Below, piece by piece: positions 41,987 through 57,000 of a stretch of DNA of 64,000 nucleotides. A program made the translations under genes and the position numbers. This stretch comes from the human T2T-CHM13v2.0 reference genome, Homo sapiens. Every line of letters starts with the position of its first letter. Position 1 is the stretch's first letter. The stretch lies in NCBI RefSeq assembly GCF_009914755.1, contig NC_060925.1; one strand, written 5' to 3'. Under the pieces are notes generated by a model. The model was not told the origin of the DNA. It worked only from the letters and a program-made list of their open reading frames with translations, and searched no databases.

Positions 41987-44460
41987 GAGAAGACAGGCGG
42001 CGGCGGCGATCTTCAGAGAGAAGATGCCCGAGAAGACAGGCGGCGGCGGCGATCTTCAGAGAGAGGACACCCGAGAAGACAGGCGGCGGCGGCGATCTTC
42101 AGAGAGAGGACGCCCGAGAAGACAGGCGGCGGCGGCGATCTTCAGAGAGAGGACGCCCGAGAAGACAGGCGGCGGCGGCGATCTTCAGAGAGAGGACGCC
42201 CGAGAAGACAGGCGGCGGCGGCGATCTTCAGAGAGAGGACGCCCGAGAAGACAGGCGGCGGCGGCGATCTTCAGAGAGCGGACGCCCGAGAGGACAGGCG
42301 GCGGCGGCGATCTTCAGAGAGCGGACGCCCGAGAGGACAGGCGGCGGCGGAGATCTTCAGAGAGAGGATGCCCGAGAGGACAGGCGGTGGTGGAGATCTT
42401 CAGAGAGAGGACGCCTGAGAAGACAGGCGGTGGCGGAGATCTTCATAGAGAGGTGGCGGAGATCTTCAGAGAGAAGACACGTGAGAAGACAGGCGGTGGC
42501 GGAGATCTTCATAGAGAGGTGGCGGAGATCTTCAGAGAGAAGACACGTGAGAAGACAGGCGGTGGCGGAGATCTTCAGAGAGAGGACGCCCGAGAAGACA
42601 GGCGGTGGCGGAGATCTTCAGAGAGAGGACACCTGAGAAGACAGGCGGTGGTGGAGATCTTCAGAGAGAGGACGCCCGAGAAGACAGGCGGTGGCGGAGA
42701 TCTTCAGAGAGAGAGATGCCCGAGAAGACAGGCGGTGGCGGAGATCTTCAGAGAGAGGACGCCCGAGAAGACAGGCGGTGGCGGAGATCTTCAGAGAGAA
42801 GACACGTGAGAAGACAGGCGGTGGCGGAGATCTTCAGAGAGAGGACGCCCGAGAAGACAGGCGGTGGCGGAGATCTTCAGAGAGAGGACGCCCGAGAAGA
42901 CAGGCAGTGGCGGAGATCTTCATAGAGAGGTGGCGGAGATCTTCAGAGAGAAGACGCCCGAGAAGACAGGCGGTGGCGGAGATCTTCAGAGAGAGGACGC
43001 CCGAGAAGACAGGCGGTGGCGGAGATCTTCAGAGAGAGAGATGCCCGAGAAGACAGGCGGCGGCGGCGATCTTCAGAGAGAGGACGCCCGAGAAGACAGG
43101 CGGCGGCGGCGATCTTCAGAGAGAGGACGCCCGAGAAGACAGGCGGCGGCGGCGATCTTCAGAGAGAGAGATGCCCGAGAAGACAGGCGGCGGCGGCGAT
43201 CTTCAGAGAGAGGACGCCCGAGAAGACAGGCGGCGGCGGCGATCTTCAGAGAGAGGAAGCCCGAGAAGACAGGCGGCGGCGGCGATCTTCAGAGAGAGGA
43301 CGCCCGAGAAGACATGCGGCGGCGGCGATCTTCAGAGAGCGGACGCCCGAGAGGACAGGCGGCGGCGGTGATCTTCAGAGAGCGGACGCCCGAGAGGACA
43401 GGCGGCGGCGGCGATCTTCAGAGAGCGGACGCCCGAGAGGACAGGCGGCGGCGGAGATCTTCAGAGAGAGGATGCCCGAGAGGACAGGCGGTGGTGGAGA
43501 TCTTCAGAGAGAGGACGCCTGAGAAGACAGGCGGTGGCGGAGATCTTCATAGAGAGGTGGCGGAGATCTTCAGAGAGAAGACACGTGAGAAGACAGGCGG
43601 TGGCGGAGATCTTCAGAGAGAGGACGCCCGAGAAGACAGGCGGTGGCGGAGATCTTCAGAGAGAGGACGCCCGAGAAGACAGGCGGTGGCGGAGATCTTC
43701 AGAGAGAGGACGCCTGAGAAGACAGGCGGTGGCGGAGATCTTCAGAGAGAGAGATGCCCGAGAAGACAGGCGGTGGCGGAGATCTTCAGAGAGAGGACGC
43801 CCGAGAAGACAGGCGGTGGCGGAGATCTTCAGAGAGAGAGATGCCCGAGAAGACAGGCGGTGGCGGCGATCTTCAGAGAGAGGACGCCCGAGAAGACAGG
43901 CGGTGGCGGAGATCTTCAGAGAGAGGACGCCCGAGAAGACAGGCGGTGGCGGAGATCTTCAGAGAGAAGACACGTGAGAAGACAGGCGGTGGCGGAGATC
44001 TTCAGAGAGAGGACGCCCGAGAAGACAGGCGGTGGCGGAGATCTTCAGAGAGAGGACGCCCGAGAAGACAGGCAGTGGCGGAGATCTTCATAGAGAGGTG
44101 GCGGAGATCTTCAGAGAGAAGACGCCCGAGAAGACAGGCGGTGGCGGAGATCTTCAGAGAGAGAGATGCCCGAGAAGACAGGCGGTGGCGGAGATCTTCA
44201 GAGAGAGGACGCCCGAGAAGACAGGCGGTGGCGGAGATCTTCAGAGAGAGGACGCCCGAGAAGACAGGCGGTGGCGGAGATCTTCAGAGAGAGGACGCCC
44301 GAGAAGACAGGCGGTGGCGGAGATCTTCAGAGAGAGGATGCCCGAGAAGACAGGCGGTGGCGGAGATCTTCAGAGAGAGGACGCCTGAGAAGACAGGCGG
44401 TGGTGGAGATCTTCAGAGAGAGGACGCCTGAGAAGACAGGCAGTGGCGGAGATCTTCAGA
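41987..44460. repeat. 43-bp CpG-rich minisatellite, about 58 units
   Basis: Unit GAGAAGACAGGCGG(C/T)GGCGG(C/A)GATCTTCAGAGAGAGGACGCCC. Confidence 0.98.
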
Positions 44461-47140
44461 AAGAAAGCCCAGAGTTCCATAGTGGGCGGGTGGGCAGTAT
44501 TTCGGCTTGTGTGGCACCAGGGCAGGGCCTCCGAACCCATGGAAAGCCTTGCTTCCCCCAAGCCCGCTGGCTCCCAGCCCTCCACCCTCATGATAGGGCC
44601 TGGGTAGGGGCTGCTGGTCACCCTTTACCCCCACCCAGGAAAAGGTCAGGAGGCTGGGCTCCCCGTCAAGGAGCGGTTTCCAGGGACACCGGCTCTCGGG
44701 GGCGCCAGTCCTGTCCTTGGCGCCCAGCACATGCTACTAGTGACATTCGCAAGGGTGGGTCTGGTTCTCAGCCTCCGACCTGTCACCCCGGTGTGGGCCC
44801 AGTGACCTCAGTGAGCTCCTCCTGTGCCCTAAGCTGAGCCACTGTGTACACTGAAGAGGAGGCTGGGGTCCTGTGTGCACCTGGCCCGCTTCCCTTGCCG
44901 GTGCTGGGAGACGGGAGCCAGTCTCGGACCCTCATCTGCCAGCAGCTCCTGTGGCTGTGGGGGCGCAGGCATCTTGGCTGACTAGGGAGGATCCCGTGGG
45001 AATGACCCCACGCCATGGCCAGGGAGGCGCCCCCACCCGGCCCAACCGCCTTTGTCGGGGATCCTGAGAGGCTTTGTGCGGAGGCTGGGTCCCAGGCTGG
45101 GTTCCGAGGGTGCCGGTGCGCCCCTCCTATGGGTGAGGCTGTCTGCTTACAGTTGAACACTTCTCCCCACTTCTGCGCCAGGCCTCACTCAGTCTCCCCA
45201 GCACGGAGCTCTTGTTGCTGGCCCAGGGCCTGTCCAGGTCCTTTGACAGGGCAAGGACTCAGAGCCTCAGGGGGGGGAGGGCAGGGCCTCCTGAGGAGTA
45301 TGTCTCTGTGAAAATGGGGGTGAGGAGGTGGCAAGCATCGCCTTTTGAGGACAGAGTCTTGGAGAGGTGTTGGCTTTCTAGGGAGGGCCCTGTGATTCTC
45401 CTGCAACCATGTGGGCCGGGGCCAGGACCAAAGCCATCGTGCTGTCGCTGTGGATTTGGTGGCCGCTTCCCCTGCTCAGATGTTGTACTGCAGGCCTGGG
45501 CCTTGGCTTGGGGTCTCTGTGTCTCCATGTTCAGGACAGGCTTGTGGCTTTGGGTACCACGAGGGGCCATCCAGCCCAGGGGGCTTCAGGGAGCTGCCCC
45601 TCAAGTGCATGTGGGGTGCTGGGGTGCAGCCCTGCTGCCCATGGCCCGGAAGTCCAGGCAGCACTGCTCTGGTTCGAAGCTGCCCCAAGGGTACGGGAGG
45701 CCCGTCCACTAGAACTGAGGCCTGGCACCATGTTGTGTCGGTTTTCATGGCGAGAAAACATCGTGGGCGTCTGCTGGGGCTGGAGGAGGCGGGAGGCCGA
45801 GGCAGCAAAGCTGACCCGCTGGCGGGTGGGGGCCACTGTGGCGTCCCCTTCCTGCAGGAGGCGGGGAGGTGCTTGTTTCCCTCCAGAGCTGCTGTCTGCC
45901 CGCAGCTAGTGCCCTGTTAGCAGGTGCAGTGCCCGTGCCATCTTCTCCCCAGACCCAGACCCTCCCCAACTCATGGAGACCCTGTCCTCCGGGCCATCCC
46001 CCGTCCATGAATGCCCGGGGCTTGGGGTCCATCTCCTGTCCACATGGACCTCCCCTCTTGGGTGTCACAGCTGCATCAGAGGCCCCAGAGGCCGGCCCTG
46101 GGGGGCTCTGGCCCCAACACAGCGTCCTCCCGGTTCCACTGGCCGGGGCTCCCTCAGGTTGCTGCCCTGCCTCTAGATCCCTGATCCCTGGACCCATGCT
46201 GCCGAGACGTCCTGGTAGGGTTGAGTTCCCTCCTCTCCCACCCCGAGGCGGCCTGAGAAGAGCCTCTTGGAGGTTCAGGTGACCTGGCCTGGGTCAGCAC
46301 AGTAGAGGCGGAGCTGCCCTCAGACCTCTTTTGTAACAGTTATCTCATGGAAACCTAAAACCTAATTGGGCAACGGCAGCTCCGTGTGACGTAGAGATTG
46401 TCTGGAAGAGATTTGTCCCTGTTCTGTGGAGCAGGGCAGATGCAGCTGAGGTGCCTGGGGGGGCAGGGACCCTTCCCCAGTGGGCTCACCCCAGTGGTGT
46501 GGGGGTGGTAGAATTCAAGCTCACACCGGCCCAGAGGGCCCGCTGTCCGTGTGGACCTCCTGTGACTGCATGGGCCTCTTGCGGCGGCTCCCTCCCGCCC
46601 CACACCGGCCTATGAGCCCTCCCTGGCCCCTGGGTGGCTGGGAGGGCTCCAGGCAGGGAAGAGTCAGGGAGGGGTGGATGGCCGGCGTGGCTGTAAGAAT
46701 GACAGGTGGACACGGGGGCCCACCTTGGCCTGTGCTGGGGGCCCCGGTGGCTGGAGAGTGAGAGTGGGTGCTCTCACTGAGGGTCTGACCCTGCTCCGCA
46801 GTGCAGTGTGGAGGTGGTTTTGGTGCCACACACAGCACAGGTGCACCATGCGGGCCTTTCTGATGATCAGAATTCATAAGTGGTTTTATTTTGTAAATTA
46901 ACAGGACAGAAAAGCCTTTTTGTTCTTGCTAAAGTTTTATGATTTCGTGTTTGGGCCACCAGGGTATCTGGAGGCTGGGGGCAGTCGTGGCCAGGGTCAG
47001 AGTCTGGGTTGGAGATAGGTGTCATGCGGCAGTTGGTGTGGCCGTGTGGACTTGTCCCCATCTGTCTAGTAAATTTCCATCTGCCCTGACGTCAGCTGCC
47101 TTTTTGACATGCATTTGGAAGGTGTTAACAAATGGACTTA

Positions 47141-48125
<985 letters not shown>

Positions 48126-48140
48126 TAAGACGCAAATGCA

Positions 48141-48424
48141 GGTCGGGTGCAGTGGCTCACTCCTGTCATTCCAGTGCTTTGGAAGGACAAGGTGGGCAGA
48201 TCACTTGAGCCCAGGAGACCAGCCTGGGCAACATGGAGAAACCCCATCTCTACAAAAATACAAAAATTAGCTGGGTGTGGTAGTGTGCCTGTAGGCCCAG
48301 CTACTCTAGAGGCTGAGAGGGGAGGATCACTTGAGCAGCCTGGGAGGCAGAGATTGCAGTGAACTATGATGATGCTACCGCACTCAGCCTGGGTGACAGA
48401 GTGAGACCTTGTCTCTTTAAAAAA
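48141..48424 (+). mobile_element. AluJ
   Basis: cacttgagcccaggag; ggaggatcacttgagc; TSD-like aa.a(c/t)gcaaatg. Confidence 0.9.
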
Positions 48425-48491
48425 TCATAAAATGCAAATGTAAGAGTGTTTAACTTGTGGAATCATCAAAATTGCACAGTTCTTGATTTGA

Positions 48492-49476
<985 letters not shown>

Positions 49477-49883
49477 ATAATGTCCAAATGTTTTATCCAA
49501 GTCCAAATAGCAGTGTTGGTGGTAGGTGTGCTCTGCCTGTGGGTGGGGGTGGTCTCTGTCTCAAGGTGGGCTACGAGGGTCTGCCGCAGGGGGGGTGTGG
49601 ACGGGTCTTGCATGCGTCACCTTCCCTGTGTGGGGCGTGGGGGTGGTCTCCCCCTAGAAGGACAGGGCTTGTGGCAGCCGTGAGATGGATGGATTCCCAG
49701 GGATCTCCCCTCACCTTGGGGGATGAGCCCAGGCTCCTTTCTGGGGTCTCCAGTGTGTCCCCGATGGACCAGCTTCCTGCATGGCACCGCCCTCCGGCCC
49801 CACCCCGAGCCCTGAGCCCCGCCTTGAGCCCTGGGCGCTCCTGGCCCTGGCCTGGCACTCAAGGGCTGCTTTCAGGGCTGTTT

Positions 49884-50342
<459 letters not shown>

Positions 50343-51219
50343 CAGGGCTGTTTACTTAAAGGTACATGTTCCGATCCCTGAATTCGGTTTTATTTTGAGG
50401 TTAGGAGTGAGAACACGATTGGTTGTCGTCGTTTCCTGTGGGAGTGGCTCTTTTCAGAGGCAGACAGTTGTCTTTGCTCGTGCGTGCACATTTGTTTGCA
50501 TGCGCGTGAGACCCCCAGGTGGTTTTGCTCTGGGAGTCGTGGGATGTGTTCTCTGCTCCCTTCCCTTGTCCTGAGTGGCCTTGGTTGGCCACAGAGTCAG
50601 CTGGCAGTGGCTGTCTGTGGGTCACCTCCACACATGGATGAAACTAGCCTGAGGTGGGCTGTTGTTGGCCTGCTGGCATTTTTGGGGTCATGGCAGTGCC
50701 CTCAGGCTGGTGATAGTGGGGGTGGGGACCTTGTCTCAGGTACCAAGTTCGTCTTCATCCTTTGATCCCCTCTTCCAAAAACTACCCCCTCCCCCCGCCA
50801 CGTGTGTGAGGCCTGCAGTGGTGTGCACAGAAGCCACCCTTGGGCCTGCTGGGTGACAGGTCCCCTCCAGGTGACGGGAGCTGCCTCGCTCTTCCTGCAG
50901 GTCCCCGGTGCCGCCTGGTTTTCCCGAATCGCATGCACCTGTCACTGAGCTGTCAGTGTGGTCAGCTTGCTGCACCCACCCGGGAAGTGGAGCTGGGGGA
51001 AGGTCATGTTCTGCAGGAGACCTGGTGGCTCAGGCCCTCAGGACCCAGCTGCCCCTCCCCGAGGAGCAGTGGTTGGTGAGAAAGCACACAGAAGGCAGAG
51101 GCTAGAGATGCAGCTCCTCTGTTATGTTGAGCCTCTCTAGGCAGGGAGCTCAGAGACCCGGAGGTGGCCCTCCTGCCTCCTCTCTGTCAGGACTTGACAC
51201 CTGTCTCAGTGGCCATGGC

Positions 51220-51298
51220 TGTTTGTCTTCATCCCTCTTCGGTGAGGGTGGCAGGCGGCCAGATGCCCATTACAGGCCACCTCTCCTGCCAGCCAGTC
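51220..51298. repeat. 79-bp dispersed duplicate, copy A
   Basis: Ungapped 63/79 identity to 52924-53002 (counted by hand). Confidence 0.88.
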
Positions 51299-51390
51299 TT
51301 CGAGGGCTGGTCACCACGTGGCCACTTTGTGAGGCCCCTCCTCTAAGATCAAATGTGGCACTGCAGAGCTACACCAACCCCGAGCCCCGC

Positions 51391-51601
51391 GCAGGGCAGG
51401 GCAGGAGAACCAAGATCGTGGGGGTGGGGGGGTGCAGGGCAGGGCAGGAGAACCAAGATCGGGGTGGGGGTGCAGGGCAGGGCAGGAGAACCAAGATCGT
51501 GGGGGTGGGAGGGTGCAGGGCAGGGCAGGAGAACCAAGATCGTGGGGGTGGGGGGGTGCAGGGCAGGGCAGGAGAACCAAGATCGTGGGGGTGGGGGTGC
51601 A
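51391..51601. repeat. 43-bp G-rich minisatellite x5
   Basis: Unit GCAGGGCAGGGCAGGAGAACCAAGATCGTGGGGGTGGGGGGGT. Confidence 0.96.
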
Positions 51602-52923
51602 GCACAGGTCGTGCTCCCGGGGCTGGCTGTAGCGGCTCTCCCCTCCCCCGAGCCCACCGTGTGCTTCTTGTCCAGCCTTTTGAGATGACCACAGCTCTCA
51701 GTTTGGCCCCACAGCAGCATCTGGGTTGACGTCCCTGATGAGGTTTGGAAACAGCAGAGAAGGGGTTGTCCTCTTCCACCAAGAGCCTGGCTGGCCTGGC
51801 CTCCCTCTGGGCAGCACCTGGCTGGGCTGACTGGGCAGAGGGAAGGGGTGGCCTGGCCAGGGTGAGCATGGGGTGCTTGCCACTCCACAGAGGGGGTGCA
51901 GGAGGCGCCTCCAGGCCACGTTGCTCCAGGACATGCCACCTCCACAGCCCCCTCCTTGGAGTCTTTCCTCAAGGTCTTAGGATGGCTGTTTGTGCCCTAG
52001 CACAGAGACCCTTGCCCTCTTGTGTGGCGCCGGGGGTCCCTGTTGGTCAGGGATGTTCCTAGAGTGGGGAGGGAGTCGGTAAGGCAAGGGTGATGTTGGT
52101 TGTAAGGGGTGGAGTCCTTGGTCTTAAGAGATCAGGCAGGGCAGCCCTGGGCTGCCCCCGGCAGAGCCTTTGCCCCAGGCAAGTCCCGGGGCTCCTGGGA
52201 AGAGGCTACTTCTCAGCCTCTTGAGAGGGCCTCCAGGGCACAGGCAGGGAGCAGCTGTGAGGGTGTGGCTGTGATGGGGACTCTTGACTGCAGTGTGGAT
52301 GTGAGCTGATTGGGGGTAGGCCAGCCTTCTGTGCGGGACACTTGGGAACTGAGGGGACACAGCCGCCACCCTGCACTGCTCAGCCTGAGCACCTCTCTGG
52401 CTGTTTGGTGCTGCACGTGTTTCTGGGCATCTGAGATGAGGCCCCAGGGCCTTTGCTTCCAGACACCAGGGGAGAGAGACCAGCCCCAGAACAACAGTTG
52501 GCGGGGTGGGCTGGGGTCGTCAGAGCTTCTGACCTCATCAGGGGCTCCCCCAGAGTTTTCTGTGCGCTGCCGTGTGTCTGGGCCAGCGCTGGGGGCAAGC
52601 GATGCCTTCTGTGGTTTGAGGTCTTGTAGGCAGGAGGAGGAGGAGGAAGAGGGCACCTGCTGAGATACTTCACTGGTCTGAGGGCCCCTTCTGCCCCAGC
52701 TAGCGCTTGGGTGAGGGTTGGGCTTGCGGAGCCGTCCTGTAAAGCCGGGGATGGCAGGACGCATTGTCACCCCCTCCTGCCGCTCTTACGAAACACTCTT
52801 AATTGAGTCCGATTCTTGGTGAATCAGCCTTCCAAGAACCGCGACCGCAGCATCCTGTGCCGCTTCTGTGTTCCGCATTTTTCTCTTTCTGCAGCATTTC
52901 CTCTCATTCTGGATGGAAAGGCC

Positions 52924-53002
52924 TGTTTGTCTCCCTCAATCTTTGGCGAGGGTGGCAGGCAGCCAGGCGGCCATTACGGGCCGCGCCTCCCACCAGCCAG
53001 TC
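52924..53002. repeat. 79-bp dispersed duplicate, copy B
   Basis: Matches 51220-51298. Confidence 0.88.
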
Positions 53003-53724
53003 GCTGGCAGGAGCGTCCGGGGAGAGAGCAGACCCCGTTCACCCTCACCCCAGAACTGAAGCAGCGAGGGGACCCAGACGAGCTGCGGATGCAGGCGCTG
53101 GGGATGCTCACGCCAGCTTGCTGTTCTTGGGAGTCTGTTTATTCTTTTAAGCTATTTCAGCATTTACCTTCAGTAGCATCGGAGGAAAAGAACGATACAT
53201 TCGCCCCAGTGTGTCCCCTGGGGGACCTCTGGCTAATTTTCGGATTCCGAAAGTGAGGTTTTGCAGGGCTGTGTGGCCACTCCTTTGTGGTCGGCCCCAG
53301 TGTCATCAGGCTGGTTTCAAATCTGGGGTCTGTGGTTCGAGGCTGAGTGCAGGGCTCAGGCTGGATGGGGAGGGTGAGAAGAGTGGGGCCAGACTTCCCG
53401 GGGTCAGCACACACATCTAGGGTCGTCATGGAGCCCATGGCAGCACTGCCTGGCCATTGGCCCCTGGTGGACGCCTCAGACCGAGGTCCCAGGAGAACCC
53501 CAGCAAGGTTGGGGCTGCAGAGGGAGCCCTCCCCGGGACAGCAGCTGGACCAGAACAGAAGCTGGGCCCTCCCCCACCCCCAGTCTCTGCAGCCCCCACC
53601 CTCCTTCCAGCACCTTCCCCCCTGGATGGATGGGTCTTTGTGTTTTGACGCCCCTTGGCTCTGGCATTGTGGGGGGCCCCCTGGGGCATGAGGAAGAGGG
53701 CCAGTGCCAAGGCCCCGAGGGAGC

Positions 53725-54030
53725 GCTACTAATTGCTACTCAGTTTCCTTAGAAAGATTTGGCTTTTTGTCATCAACAGCGCCAAAGTAACAGCAAAGAT
53801 GACCTACTTAAGCGAAAGAAAAATCCGAGTGAACCTTTAAAGCTGGTATTCTCACTTCATTTTGGGGCTTGGGGTTGTCTTGCAGATTCAATCTGTTTCC
53901 TCTGTGCCACAATAATCAGAAAATAGGTTAATTTAAGCCCAATATGAAAAGTGAATTATCATGTGTGAAATATTAATGGCACTTACAAAAATAGCTTTAT
54001 AATTTCTTGAACCGTGAAATCTTCAGAGAA
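53725..54030. promoter_or_regulatory. Candidate enhancer (AT-rich island)
   Basis: CTAATTG, TAATCA, GTTAATTTA, ATATTAATGG, CAAAAATAG (MEF2-like), TTTATAA; no repeat recognised. Confidence 0.5.
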
Positions 54031-57000
54031 GGCCCATAGCTCACGTGAGCCGATTCTTGAGTGAGGGTATTTGGGGGTGCACCTGGAGGAGACAGCGATG
54101 GTCTCAGCAGGGTTTGTCTCTAGAGTGCCTCAGCGCGAGCTTCTGCCAGTCCCCGGAGAGGAGTCCCCACGCCTCCTTGCCCTGCTCAGGGCTGCACGGG
54201 AGTTGCCACGTAGGAGAGCACAGCCCACCTTGGGCTTTTGGGGTTCGGGCTTTTGGAGTTTGTCCAGGCTTTGGGGTGGGGCTTTGCCTGTAGAAGCTCT
54301 GAGCTGTGCTGCATGGTAGGGTGACCGCAGTGGGCTGCCCTGGGTGCCCCATGAAGGACTGAGCAGTGGGGTGACCCTTCATCTAGCAGATGTTCATCAG
54401 GGACCTGCTGTGGGCCAGGCTGGGGTCACACTCAGAACTGACTGCAGCCAGGTGGAGACCCCACCTCGAGAGCTCCTCCTTCCTAGCTGTGTAGCCCACA
54501 CCCCCTGGGGAGCCGTAGCAGTGTGGGGGCAGCTCTGATGGAGGGGTGTGTACCTGGCCACAGCTGTCTCTGGGCTGTGGTCATCACCCACAGGTCCTTT
54601 TCAGATGCGGTGCCCACCTGGGTGTGTGGACATGACCCTTGCCTAAGGGAGGGAGAGAGGAAGGCCTGGTACCAGGCAGTGTCCTCTGCCTGTGCCCCTG
54701 CTGGGGAGGACGTGAGGGCCTGTGGCTTTTAGGAACCTTGAGGAGGTGGGGGTGGTCTTCTGACGCCGGCGGGGCTCCTGAAGGTGCAGGAAGGCACAGT
54801 TTGTGCGGAGTCCCCTTCGGAGGAAGCAACGCCTGTCCCTGGCGGGGCCGCTGAGCCAAAGGCCGTGTCTCAGTGGCACCCTCTCCCAGCCGAGGATGTC
54901 GGCACCATTTGGGCCCGTGGACTTCCTCCAGTCTCTGGGTGGTGGTGAGTGGGGCCTGCTGTTGTCTAGCAGCCACTGTTCTGTGGGGCTTCACTCCTGG
55001 GCAGGGTGCACGGGAGAGCAGGGGTTGGCAGGAACCCGGCAAATTTGTCAATAAACCTGAACCTGAAGTCCCACAAGGACGGAGGCTCAGTAGGGCTCGG
55101 GCCTGAGCGGGGCAGGCCAGTGTGAGCTGGGGGGTGGGGCAGGCCACTGTGCGGAGCGGGGTTCTGGCCGCCACAGGGCTTTTGTTCTGTTGCTTTGGTT
55201 GGCGATCGGGACTCACCATGTTAGACCTGAGGTTCGTGGTGGGATCCACCGGCGTGGCCCTGGGTGGCTGCCCTGTGTGCTCAGGGAGCAGTCACGGGCC
55301 CTGAGTGGTGTTGCCCGTGGGCCTGGAAGGTCCAGCCGAGGGTTGGGGCCTGCGGATGTCACTTCTCTGAAGATGAGAAGCCAGGGCGAGGCCCCCCCCC
55401 CCACATCTGGAAGGTTCTCCTGCGTCGCCCTCTCCTTCCAGGCACATTTGGCCGTCCCCTTTTCTGCGTGTCTGTCCCCACCATCGTGCCCTCTTCTTCT
55501 CTGGACTGCGTTTGGATGATTTCTTTGAACGGTTTTTATTCTGGAAAGTTCTGCTCGAGCATCTGGTATCTCCCTGGTGTTTGGGATGTCTCCTTCTCAT
55601 TCCCCCGTGTCTTGCTTTAAGCTGCGTGTCCTCGTGTTTCCGCTGCCCCTGTTCTTGGGCACTGCGTTGTGTTCTGTCTGGGATCCCCGTGCAAGGCCCC
55701 TGGGTCTGGTGGCTGCTGCCCGGCCTCTGGGACCGTCTACCTGTCCCAGCCCCCGTTTCCCCGCTTCTTCAGCTGGTACCTTGAAACTCCGTGCCAGGTG
55801 AGCAGGCCTGTGGCTGCAGGTTCCCGGAATCTGTCGTGGGTTCTGGGTTGTCCCTTCCAGTGCAGGCGGTGGTCACCGCGCCACCATGGGGGTCCAGGCA
55901 GCAGGATGGTCATGTGATGGGGGCCACTCTGGGCTTTTCATTCTCCTTTCATCTGTGGCCTCGGAGGCTCCCCATGTTTTCTGAGGTGCACAGAACATGG
56001 AGGGGTGCTCATCTCATGTCAGATATTGGAAGGATGTCGTGCAGGAAGGTTCGAGGGTCTCGGGGTGGTCCTGAGAAGCCGATGTGATAGGTGCGGCAGC
56101 TTCCTCTTCCCCTGAGCGGGGGCTTCCAGAGCCTCCCTCCCACTGGTGCCCATGGGGTTTGAGCCTGATAGCTCCGCAGGATTCAGCTGCTGTGAGTCAC
56201 AGCCAGGATGGAGAGGTCTAAGGCAGGCCTGATGCCGGGCAGGGCGACATTTCTAGAAAAGGTTTCATCTGGTGATCTGCTAAATGGCATGAAAATCACA
56301 AAATTGGCACTCAGTGACCATCAGGCTGGCTGTGTGTGGCTGCTCTCCTCAACAAGCAAATGGCTGCCCCCATCCAGAGCCCCGACTCCCGCTGGCCTCC
56401 CCCGTGCGGGGATGTGGGGACCAGGGCAGGCCCCAGAGACCACCTGACCTCTCTGGCAGGAAGAAGACCACGTCGTGCCGTTTCCTCCTCCCTTGAGCCC
56501 GTTAGCTGTCTCGGGGAACCGGTAAGCCCAGGGCCACCTTGTCACGTCCTCCACTGAACGTGGGTCCACGTAGATGCCAGCCCCTTGGTCTTGCCCAGAA
56601 GTTGTGGGAGGTGCTGGTTGCCAGGGATGGCTATGCATGTTTGTCCCCATGGCAGGGAGGCCTCTGGGGGCCTGGCCCTCCCCCCGCTAGCTGCTTCTCA
56701 CATTTTTGTCTCCCCGAGAGCCACCTGCTCTCCCAGGGCCCTCAGGCCCCCGTCTGCCAGTCTCCTGGCACCTGGGCTGGGGTCTGCGCCAGGCAACTCC
56801 CACAGCAGGGCAGGATCCACCCTCCACGTTATCATTACTGCCATCCCCTGTGCCTGGGATGGAGGCCACGCCCACCCAGTGGGGCCCCTCTGGAAAGGAG
56901 ACTTGACCTCAGGGTGGTGGCAGGGCTCTGTGGGATGCCCCTGGTGACAGGGACCAGAATGTTCCCTAAAGTGGATGTCAGGCCCCTGGCTCAGATGGAG

